A stretch of 64,000 bases of DNA from NCBI GenBank assembly GCA_043228905.1, contig JBHGNT010000016.1:7750001-7814000 (forward strand), written 5' to 3'. This DNA comes from Azolla caroliniana. Its lineage: Eukaryota > Plantae > Polypodiophyta. The stretch's first letter is position 1. Each line of letters starts with the position of its first letter. The notes beneath the pieces were generated by a model. It did not search any database and was not told where the DNA came from. It saw nothing but the letters and a program-made list of their open reading frames with translations. A program made the position numbers and the translations under genes. Positions 14,844 through 24,949 of the stretch are shown piece after piece.

Positions 14844-15898
14844 TGTCGTGAAGATCCGTCACTAGGCGCGGATCGCGAGGCGGAACCGCCGGGGTTCTGG
14901 ACCGGATGGATCGAAGTTCGCACCAAGCTTAGCGAGAAAGTATTTAGGATAGATTGAGAGAGAGAAAGAGATTAAGATTAAACGCTTGACTTAGATTGAG
15001 AAAGATTGATATGGCCAAGAGAGAGATATTGAGATTAAGATTTTAACTCTTAATTTAAGAAACAAGATATATCATTAATGAATTTTCTTCTCATTAATTT
15101 CTTCGTTCATACATGGATCCATAATACATTTTCATCCATCCTTTTATAGGTACCCCCATGCATATGATGCATGTTTGCCATTTGGCGCTTGTGTATTACA
15201 TGTGGTGCATGATAATCATGTCACTTATTTTAGCTCTCATGCATAAGAATTTACATGTAAAAGTACGATGATAGAAATATAATTTTAACTAAATATCTTG
15301 GCTTAGTGGTAAGCCAATTGACTCCTAACTTGGAGGTGCAAGGTTTGAATCCTTACTTGCCCTCCTTGTATATTTATATATATTTATATATTTATTTATC
15401 TAATCGCCGGATGCCGGTTCGCTAGATGTTGTCGCCTTGCCGGTTGCCGGTGTGCCACCGTCGCTTTGCCGATTGCCGCCGGATCACCGACTCCATCGCC
15501 GGTCCGGTTTTGGTTGGCCAAAACCTTTACGAGTGGCTAGGCCACCTCCACTCTTAGTTCAAGTTACCTTGAACTCTCTATGCTCCACACATAGGCACAA
15601 AGATAATAGCTTTTGCTCTACCTTATATATGATGAGAGCCGTATTTGTTGTGCCTATGTGGGATATCTCATAGTTTTCTCTTTTCCTTTCACAAACTTTA
15701 TACCCTCATATCTTGACATCTAGTTGTTCGTTTCTCGTGTAATAAAGTGCATTCGAAAGCTCTTGAAGACCTCCATTTTGTACTTAGATATTAAACTTAT
15801 TTAAAATGTTATCTTCACTATTATTGTTTTATGTAATTCATACTTGATTTTGTATGTTTTATGTGATTTTCACACCATTGCCGAAAATCTTCACGACA
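14844..15898 (-). mobile_element. Solo LTR of the same gypsy lineage, inserted in the gypsy gag
   Basis: Same TGTCGTGAAGAT...ATCTTCACGACA termini. Flanks gcat/acgt fit a decayed 4-bp GCGT duplication, and removing the LTR restores the gag frame E-M-V-T-L-A-N-M. Confidence 0.88.
15299..15352 (+). promoter_or_regulatory. tRNA-like Pol III A-box/B-box cassette inside the solo LTR
   Basis: A-box TGGCTTAGTGG at 15299 and B-box GGTTTGAATCC at 15342, 43 nt apart, close to tRNA spacing. Confidence 0.6.
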
Positions 15899-16722
15899 AC
15901 GTGACCATCTCGAACTTCTTCGCTAGCTCTTCGATGATGTCATCATCAATCTTCTTTTCTTCCAGGTTGCTTTGTTTGGGCGGCTCAGCTACTTTCGGTT
16001 GTCTTGTTTTCTCCACGATAGTTGATCCCACCAAGTCGATTTCATCAACCCACTGACGATGCTTGTCGAGCCTATTGCATGCTCGCTTCACCACAACCCA
16101 GTTCGCCAAAAGCCCGTTCGCTTGGGTATCATCTTCGAGGAGAGTCCCCAGTTCACGGCTATCCTTTATATCCACAACCTTTAGGAAGTACAAAGTTTTG
16201 TCCTCCTCAAGTAGCACTTGGTCTGTGGCAGGGCGACGACGAAACATTTGGTCGAATTCGTCGTACACCCTCAAGGCACTCATCTTCTTATTCTTCTTTT
16301 CTATCCACTTCATCAAGGCATGTTGAGTCATCCTCGACAAATCATCCGTCACGAACTCCACTAATATCGCTTTCTCGAACTCTGACCACGTTGTCTTCCC
16401 TTCTTGAAGCTCAATGATGCGCCTTTGGGTGTTGTTGGCGACCACTCTCTTGAAACTTGTGATTTGCTACGCTTCGAACACGTCCCTTTGATTCATCTCC
16501 CTTTTGTATGCATCAAGGAACTTCGTAATGTTCCTTCCGTTGAATTGACCCTCGAGCTCTACGACATGGTCGACAACCTTCTCCACGCTCACTTCGTTGT
16601 CTCGAGATCTCATCATTTATTCGACGATCAACATCATCCTTTCGAACTCTCCTGCTTGGTTGCTTCAGGATGCCATTTCCAAGTATCGGTTTATCCTCGA
16701 TTTGATCCTTCCTGCCGCCTCT

Positions 16723-16740
16723 TTCACGTCGGGTTCACCA
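16723..16740 (-). other. Primer binding site complementary to the tRNA-Trp 3' end
   Basis: Plus-strand ttcacgtcgggttcacca matches the 3' 18 nt of plant tRNA-Trp(CCA) as I recall it. An 8-nt spacer separates it from the LTR. Confidence 0.8.
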
Positions 16741-17140
16741 CTTAATTATGTCGTGAAGATCCGTCACTAAGTGCGCATTGTGAGGCAGAACTGCCGGGGT
16801 TCTAGACCAAAAGGACTTGAAGTTTGCACTAGCTTTAGCGAGAAAGGATTTAAGATAGATTGAAAGAGAGAGATTGAGATAAGATAAAACGCTTGACTTT
16901 AGATTGAGAGGGAGATTAAGATTGAACTCTTGACTTTAGATTTGAAGAACAAGATTAATACATCAATTGGATAACGAATTTTCTTCTTAATATTAATTTT
17001 GATATATAAAGTACAAAGCCCCCTTCCATACATCACTCTTACCATCTATCTCTTGGGTCCCACATTAGTTCTCAACGCAACTGCCCAAGTCTCTAGATGG
17101 AGTGTCCCACATTAGTTCTCAACGCAACTGCCCAAATCTC

Positions 17141-17240
17141 TTCGAGTCCTTTCGGTCTAGAACCCCGATGGTTCCGCCTCACAATGCGCACTTAGTGACG
17201 GATCTTCACGACATAATTAAGTGGTGAACTCGACGTCAAA
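17141..17240 (+). repeat. Inverted duplication of the gypsy LTR end plus PBS (copy of ~16722-16820)
   Basis: ttcgagtcctttcggtctagaacccc...atcttcacgacataattaagtggtgaactcgacg is the reverse complement of 16722-16820 with a few transitions. Confidence 0.9.
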
Positions 17241-18688
17241 TCGACTTTCGAACGTCAAAATCTGACAACTCCCTCTACGTACGACACAACTCTAGAAGTT
17301 TAATTGTCAACATCCTATACGTGGATGATCTGGTCATTGGAGGTGAAAGTCTAGTCGACATTAACAAGGTGTAGTCCCTCCTCTCTGGAAAATTCGAGAT
17401 GACGGACATGAAGGAGCTCCATTACTTCCTTGGCATCGAAGTAATTTGGATTCCGACCGTCATTATGATCTCTCAACAACACTACATTCTCAACTTGTTG
17501 TACAAGTTCCGGATGACTCAGTGCAAATCGGTCGCCACGCCTCTCGATTGAAACCTCAAACTAGATGCTGACTCTGACACAGACGAGTGTGAGCCGACCC
17601 AATATCGTCAACTTATTGGGAGCCTCATCTATCTCACGATCACTCGACTCAACCTTAGCTCTCTTGTCGGACTCCTCAGCCAATTCATGCAAATACCACG
17701 CGACATTCACTTGGATTGCGATAAGCGAGTATTACGATGCCTGAGTGGCACAGTGGATTACGACATTCTCTACGCATCAGCCACACCAATACAACTTGAA
17801 GGGTACACAGACGCGGAATGAGAAGGCTACAAAGCTGATCGAAGATCGACCTCCGGATTTGTCTTCTCGTTCGGTAGCGGAGCAATATCTTGGAGTAGTA
17901 TGAAGCAGCCTACTTTTGCAGTTTCGAGTATGAAGCAACCTACTTTTGAAGGATCTGGGCGTCCCCATCAAAGATTCGACTCCCATTTACTGAAATAATA
18001 TGAGCAGTATATATCTCGCTCGGAACTCGGTGTTCCACGCGCGCACAAAGCACATCGAAGTGCACTATCACTTCATTCGAGAGTGCGTACAGACTGGAGA
18101 TGTCGACCTTCAACACATCAACACGAATCTTCAGACGACTGACATCTTCACCAAAGCCTTAGGAGCCAACAAGTTTCGGCAATTCATGTCAGACCTTCGA
18201 TTGACGATCCCTGACTTGCCAAGCTTGAGGGGGAGTACAAGCGAGAACCAAATACTGTCTAAACCGGGTATGAACCGAAGCGGACACCGAAGATCGTCCG
18301 AACCGGATACCAACCAAAGCAGACATCAATCAAAAGGAACCAACCCGAGTTGAGCTTGAGGGGGCGTGTTGAGAATCAACCTCAACATAGCACAACGTGT
18401 GAACACAATTTTTAAGAATATATGATTACTCAAAGGTCAAGAGTCACACCACTACTCTCTATACATTAACTATGTGTCATAGAATCATATTCTATGACAC
18501 ATAACTAATGAGTTACATATTCCCCATGACTATGAGTCTTCACATTCCCCAAGAGAGAGAGTGGTTGTTGTAAGTTAATGAAGAGAGAGGGTGACTCTAT
18601 ATAAAGCACCCTCCTCATACTTCATACTAAGTCGGTTGTGACTCCTTATTATGCCACATTTTGTAATTCTTATTCTACTTGTGAAATA
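17237..18688 (+). mobile_element. Ty1/copia element 3, 3' part: RT end, RNase H, PPT, 3' LTR from 18367
   Basis: SKSDNSLYVR...LYVDDL and HARTKHIEVHYHFIRE motifs; PPT ttgagggggcg; LTR tgttgagaatc... matches the 8388 LTR. The gag-to-RT middle is missing. Confidence 0.88.
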
Positions 18689-18815
18689 TAGAATAAGAAT
18701 TACAAAATGTGGCATAATAAGGAGTCACAACCGACTTAGTATGAAGTATGAGGAGGGTGCTTTATATAGAGTCACCCTCTCTCTTCATTAACTTACAACA
18801 ACCACTCTCTCTCTT
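18551..18815. repeat. Perfect fold-back palindrome: 127-bp arms (18551-18677 / 18689-18815), 11-nt loop
   Basis: By eye, the right arm tagaataagaattacaaaatg...accactctctctctt is the exact reverse complement of the LTR sequence to its left. Confidence 0.9.
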
Positions 18816-20685
18816 CCAAATCCAACTCGTCTTCCGTTTTTAGGCCCTTCACCACATTGGACCACGTCCGGGTCTTGGCCTTATTCCGGTCGGCTCTGTC
18901 CTTCTTGACTCTACCGCCACTGTCGTTTGCTCTGACTTGTTTGGATGTACCGATTCCTTTAGTCAGCTCGGCTTCCTTTATTTGCTCATCTCCCCCCTTG
19001 GTTCTTTCTTCCTCTCCGGCTCCTTGTCCGGTGCCATCTGTTACCGTTCCTGTTCTCCCCCTCAAGAGCGGCACATCGACATGCTGAATACCGAGCATCT
19101 CCGAAAAATGTTGCAACTTGTCTGATCCGAGCGACTTGGTGAAGATGTCGGCAACCTACCGATGTGTGTGAACATACCGAAGTTCAACTTCACTGCTCAG
19201 GACCCGCTTACAGAAAAAGTGATAATGCACTTCTATGTGCTTTGTCCGAGCATGGAATACATGGTTCTTGGCGAGCTATATGTTGTTTATGTTGTCGCAG
19301 TAGATCAGGATCAGGGTCGGCATCTTGAGCCAAAGGTCTCGTAGCAGTCGCTGAAGCCAGATGGCTTCACAGGTGGGAATGGTAGCGCCCTGGTACTCAG
19401 CCTCAACGCTCGACAGAGCCATTGTTGGCTGCTTTTTGCTGCTCCATGCAACATATGCGCTACCAAGACAAAACATGTAACTGGAGGTGGATCGGCGATC
19501 CGATGCATCACCAGCCCAGTCGGCATTGGTATACCCGACCAACTTCCCAGCTATACCGTGTTGGTATAAAAGTCCTCGATCCTTCGTGCTGCTAACATAC
19601 CAGAGTATCTGGTGTGCGCACTGAAGGTGCTCGACGGTCGGCTTCTGCATGAACTGGCTGATCACTCCAACTGGGTAACTGATGTCGGGTCAAGTCATTG
19701 TCAAGTATATGAGGTTTCGACAATTTGTTGGTACCGTTTCTCATTGCAGGCCGGTCCAGAGTCGGGATGTAGCTTCAGGTTCCGGTCCAAGGGTGTGGAG
19801 ATCGATCGGCATGCGGTCATGCTGAACTTGTACAACATATTCATCTCACATAGTGTCTTTGTGAGAGCAATATGCCATCGGGGGTCCGGATCACCTTCAT
19901 CCCAAGAAAATAATGAAGGTCCCCCATGTCCTTCATTTCACATGCTTCCGACGGCTGGGACTTTACTCGGCCGATTTCATTAAGTCCGGGTCCGGTGATG
20001 ATTAAATCATCTACATCTAGCAGGATACAAACTGGACCGTCCGAACTGTTCCGGATGAATAGTGACGAGTCAGACTTTGAGGCCGCAAACCTCATTTTAC
20101 GCAACCGGTGCGGGATCTTCGCATTCCAAGCTCAGGGGGGCTTGCTTCAAACCGTAAAGCGACTTCTTTAGTCGGCATACTACCAACTTGTTCATCTCCG
20201 ATAGACCCATTCTTCAAGGTGACCTTGAAGATGACAGGAAACGATGTTGCGCTCTAATCTTGCGCCAACAAGACTGACAACACCCACACCCACACATAAA
20301 CAATAGTTTGCCCTAAGTCATATTTATACTAAAATGACTTTTCGGGTATTTAAAAATATAGCCCCGATGGACTCTCAGAAACATATTTACGAATATGTCC
20401 CTTCATCCGGTGATCACTCTTCACCGGGCCTGCATCATCCGGCGCTTGCCGGGCACTCATCATCCGGTTCTCACCGGGTCATCCGTAGCCGGGTACTGCC
20501 AACTTGTTCAACTCCGGTAGACCCATTCTTCAAGGTAACCTTGAAGAAACACATTCTTCACGTCCATTTGGTGAAAATGTCATCCCCTTGTTGCAGCAAC
20601 ACCCAATACCACACGAACCGTCATCATCTTCGCTATTAGAGTGAAGGTCTCGTCGTAGTCGATTTTGTGGGTCTGTGCGTATCCC
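18816..20685 (-). mobile_element. Ty1/copia element 2, 3' half (RT, RNase H), now inverted
   Basis: The minus strand resumes at G-Y-A-Q-T-H-K-I-D-Y-D-E-T-F exactly where the plus strand stopped (LVAKG, 8387), with target duplication GGGAT. LLDVDDL and YTNADWAGDASDRRSTS motifs are present. Confidence 0.88.
20232..20498. mobile_element. Internally deleted LTR fragment (family of 26504-27205) between two ~50-bp direct repeats of RT sequence
   Basis: Begins TGACAGGAA and shares gttgcgctctaatcttgcgcca...cccgatggactctcagaaacatattta with ~26813-26950. Flanks 20182-20231 and 20499-20548 are duplicated. Confidence 0.75.
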
Positions 20686-21022
20686 TATAAAGAATTGGGT
20701 ATGATTCTTGTGTAGCGGAAGAGATGTGTGTTATGTGTATGTGTGAGAGGAATTAGAGGAGAGATGAGAGAACACAAGATAGGTAGAAAAATGAATACTC
20801 AAGAAGAAGGTGTATATTTCACAAGTAGAAAAAGAATTACAAAATGTGGCATAATAAGGAGTCACAACCGACTTAATATGAAGTATGAGGAGGGTGCTTT
20901 ATATAGAGTCACCTCTCTCTTCATTAACTTACAACAACCACTCTGTCTCTCTTGGGGAATGTGAAGACTCATAGTCATGGGGAATATGTAACTCATTAGT
21001 TATGTGTCATAGAATATGATTC
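20686..21022 (-). repeat. 3' part of the copia element 3 LTR, inverted
   Basis: Reverse complement of the LTR from position 18482 to the LTR end (compare 8480-8800). It abuts target duplication atccc at 20681-20685. Confidence 0.9.
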
Positions 21023-23591
21023 AGGTGGTATTATGAAACCAAGTTGAAGCTATTGGAAGAATAATTTATGGGAAGTGTACATGTATGTCTACAATCTTAA
21101 TTATGGAACATAGTAGACTTTTTCCAACACTGTTGGCCCCATAATTCATCGGAATAAGGTGTCTGGAAATTATGTGTATTCCCATCGTTTCCATTACATG
21201 TGTATCATCAATGATCCAGCCATGTGTCTTTTTGGGAGCAAAAGAATTCACTGTCTTGTGTTTATGGAGGGATGGATGAATGAATAAATTTGCCTCATGA
21301 TATCTATACCTCTTATGGGACACAAGATTATAATTTATTTATAAGAAGGTATTCTACCTGAGGATTTTGATGTGGCTTTGGGATATTTCTTTCTAGGTAA
21401 AGTCCTAATGTCTAAATTCGATGGCGCGTGATAATCGTCATTAGGATTCTTGCTTCGACCGTTGCATTCTACTTCCAACTTCCTTTGCATTCAAAAGATC
21501 CAAGAATAACTGATGTCGAAACTTATTTGAGGACCAAAAGATAATTTGGGTTCTGTACCAAATAGGACCACTTTCTAGAATGCAAATGATAGATTAAAAA
21601 TATCATTTCAATAAAATATCAAATTAGAAATTTCCCTCATTTTGTCAAGCCCTTCTTATCATATCTTTAATACAATTTCATATCCTATATTAAATAAAAT
21701 TACTTGTTTCTTTTGAAATCTTTCTTTGTTATTTTGTTCATAGCCTTTCCTTATAATAGTTTGTTCATAGGTCATGAGAGTTTGAACCATAATCCCTCTT
21801 GCTCAATTCTAATACGTTTTGAAGTGAGTTTCTCTTTCTTTCTTTAATGTGAAGTATGTGGTGTCCTATTCGAAGGTTGTGCCAATGTTGCATAATAAAG
21901 CAGTTTGAGAACTAGGATGTTAGGGAGAAGTAACGCATGGATTCAACATTCTATTAGTGGAGCCAAGGATTAGTTTGCCACATAAATTTGGATGATAGTG
22001 TTTTTCAATCTAATTCAACTGGTTATATGGCTACATCATCATGTATCTATGGTTCAAGCTCAATCTAGTTTGGTTAGATCTCTCTTGCTGGGACTAAAAC
22101 CTTAATTGATTGTAATACTACATGAACATGGAACATTGTATTTGAGATACTTTGCAACGTTTAGAGACGAGCTTGTGGCTTGTTTTGGAGATACTAATAA
22201 ACAAAAAAATTAGAATGACAAGGCTTAGAAACCTTTGGTAATGATTACGTCAAGCTTTATTTCAAGTATCTCACTTTTGGTAAATTGCCCTACACACATT
22301 GCTTAGGACAATATTACCATTTGTGACTATTTTCAAATAAGCATTTTTAAGGCCATCTCGAAGACCTCATCAAGACCTCATTAACTATTGATGGTCCTGT
22401 AACCTCCAAAGATGCTATTGAATTTGATTTCATGCGTGACAATCGCCAATTTTAACACAAGCAAGAGCATGAAAGTTTAGTCATAAATTTCGTTCCTCGA
22501 GCACCCATGGGTCATTGTATACATCAAGCTCAATTATTAAAGATTTGTTAGTTTCATTGTTGATTATATGATGTCCTTTATACCAAAATGTATTGTACCA
22601 CTTTGGGTTTGTCTTGGAGTTTCTAATTGTGTCATTGCCCTTAATCTCATAGGCAATCCCTTCAATCAAGGTCAATGATTGATGACTTGTTGGTGTGATT
22701 GTTGATTGTGTGAATTTCTTGATTTCCTTTTGTAACAAAATTTGTTACACCATTTTGGGTTTTTCTTCTAGTTTCTAATTGTAGCATTGCCTTCAATCAC
22801 ATTGGCAATCCCCACCCATGCTCTAGTGGTTTTTAGGAGAACCTTACTTGAAGTTTTGCATAATCTTGAAGGGACCAAAGCCTAAGCTACTTTCTTGAGA
22901 AACTTTTTACCTCATTCTTTGCCTCAATAGCCCACTTCTTCTTCGATCTCTCCTTCATTGCTTTTATGATTGGCAATGGTGTTTTCATTGTCAAAAACTT
23001 TCCATCGAAGATATGCTACAAATAACAATAATGGTTACTGTATGTTGGCATCAATATTAGAGACCAAATGATGACTTTATTGGTGGTATTGGGATATCAA
23101 TGATGACAATATGGTGCCAGTCTATTATGTTGATCATAATTACTTATTGATGGACCATTACTCTATTGATGGATAGGGGAATCCCTCCCCTTTTTTTTTG
23201 AGTATCTTCAATTTCTCCCCTTTTTCGGTTTTGCCCCTTTCTTCCTTAAACATTTTGTCACACGGTGTTATGAATCAAACTAATGATGAGAAAAATAATA
23301 AGAGATTAATAAGAAGAATAGATCAAGGATGTTTAACGACATTCAATACTTTCTACGAGAAAAACATAAAACAAACATAAAATATTATCAAGTCTCCTAT
23401 CCCACCAAATATTAATTTATATCTTATACCCTGTAGTTGAATAACGGATTCGACTAAGAGAGCTTAGTCTCACTAATACAATTTCAACGTCTTAAGGTGC
23501 CCTAATAAAAGTGGCAACTACTCCCTTTTACATAACCCAACAAGGCTCCCAAATCACAATGTAGGTCCTTATGGACCCAAAATCTTTCATG
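21018..23591. repeat. Left arm of a ~2.57-kb inverted duplication (partner 29800-32372)
   Basis: Identical ORFs occur on opposite strands (22481-22738/30653-30910; 23198-23380/30011-30193). The ends match by eye; the spacer is 6.2 kb. Confidence 0.95.
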
Positions 23592-24949
23592 TCAAAAGTC
23601 TTAAATAACTCCACTTTTAACTTGTGAATCATATTTACATATTGTCCAACAATTAGCATATCATCAACGTACAATAGAAGTATAATAACATTATCAACAC
23701 CAAATTCTTTTACATACACACAAAGGTTTACATTAGTGCTTTTATAACCTTAACTCACCATAAAAGAATCAAACTTTTTATTCCATTGCCTCAATGCTTG
23801 TTTTGAGCCACAAAGACTCTTTTTCAACTTACATACCAAGTGTTCAACTTACAAGCCAAGTGTTATTTCTCTTTCTCTTCAAAACCCTCTAGTTGTTCCA
23901 TGTAAATTTCTTCAATGTTTAGATCACCATGCAAAAAGGCAGTCTTCACATTAAGTTTCTCAAACTCAAGGTTTAAGCAAGCTAACAAACCTAAAACAAT
24001 TTGTATCGAACTTAATTTCACAATTGGTGAGAAAATGTCATCAAAATCAATTCCTTTCTTTTGACTATATATCCTTTCAGCATCAAACAAGCTTTATATT
24101 TCACAAAGTTATCATCACCCATTTTTAACTTAAACACCCTCTTGTTTTTCAAAACATTCCTACCCTTGGGAACTTCAACTAGCTCAAAGGTGTTAATATT
24201 TGTCAACGAAATAATTTCTTCATGCATGGCCTTTACCCAACTATCTTTATCTTTAAGTGTTTGTACATCATAAACGCTCCCTGGTTCACCTTCATGATTG
24301 GGCAAAACATATTTAGAACTAGGATACCTCATAGATGATTGTCACCTTCTCTAGTAGATCGCCTTATAGGTTGATTAGCCACCTCTTGTAATGGTAGTTG
24401 TTGCCCTTGATCAAGACATGTTTGAGGCAGAACAACATCATAGCTAGCATAAACTCTTATCATCTACAATCATCAGCTCACCGACATCGGAGTCCAACAT
24501 GTCTACGTTCATAAGTGGAAGGATTGTGCATTCCACGTATAGATTCCTTTTATAGTCTTGCAATTTTAGGCAATTTTCAAAAACTTGATACACCAATATC
24601 ACATGTTTTAAAAAGCATATAGAATTTGCTATTTTTTTGAAATTTAACAAGTTTCAAAATGATAATTTCTAAAATTGGATGATTTTTCGATAAATGTTTA
24701 AATGTTGAGAATTTGCTATTTTTTTGAAATTTAACAAGTTTCAAAATGATAATTTCTAAAATTGGATGGTTTTCCGATAAATGTTTAAACGTTGATGGTT
24801 TGTAGATATGAAATATAGTTAAGTTCAAGCAAATCACAATGGTTGAACTCAAATGACAAGTTAAGAGTAATGGTTTCACCATCTTGAGCAGATGTAGTTT
24901 TGAGAAGAGGAAGTGACATCTATTATTAGTGAAAATGTTTTACGTAGAA

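Larger units (their letters stand above)
9149..17140 (-). mobile_element. Ty3/gypsy element, tRNA-Trp primed and degenerate: 3' LTR 9149-9869, truncated 5' LTR 16749-17140
   Basis: LTR termini TGTCGTGAAGAT/ATCTTCACGACA form a 12-bp inverted repeat. Minus-strand PPT ggtggaggtgga lies next to 9869; PBS at 16723-16740. Domain order is gag - protease (ALIDNGSEINLMS) - RT (FLDD) - RNaseH (TVDTS, ETDC) - integrase (GHRG, YWWP, NGKIER), i.e. gypsy order. Confidence 0.92.

Noticed and set aside
22481-23380. Duplicated small genes (85 aa and 60 aa, identical at 30011-30910)
   Set aside because: Their identity is explained by the inverted duplication; they have non-ATG starts and no recognisable domain.
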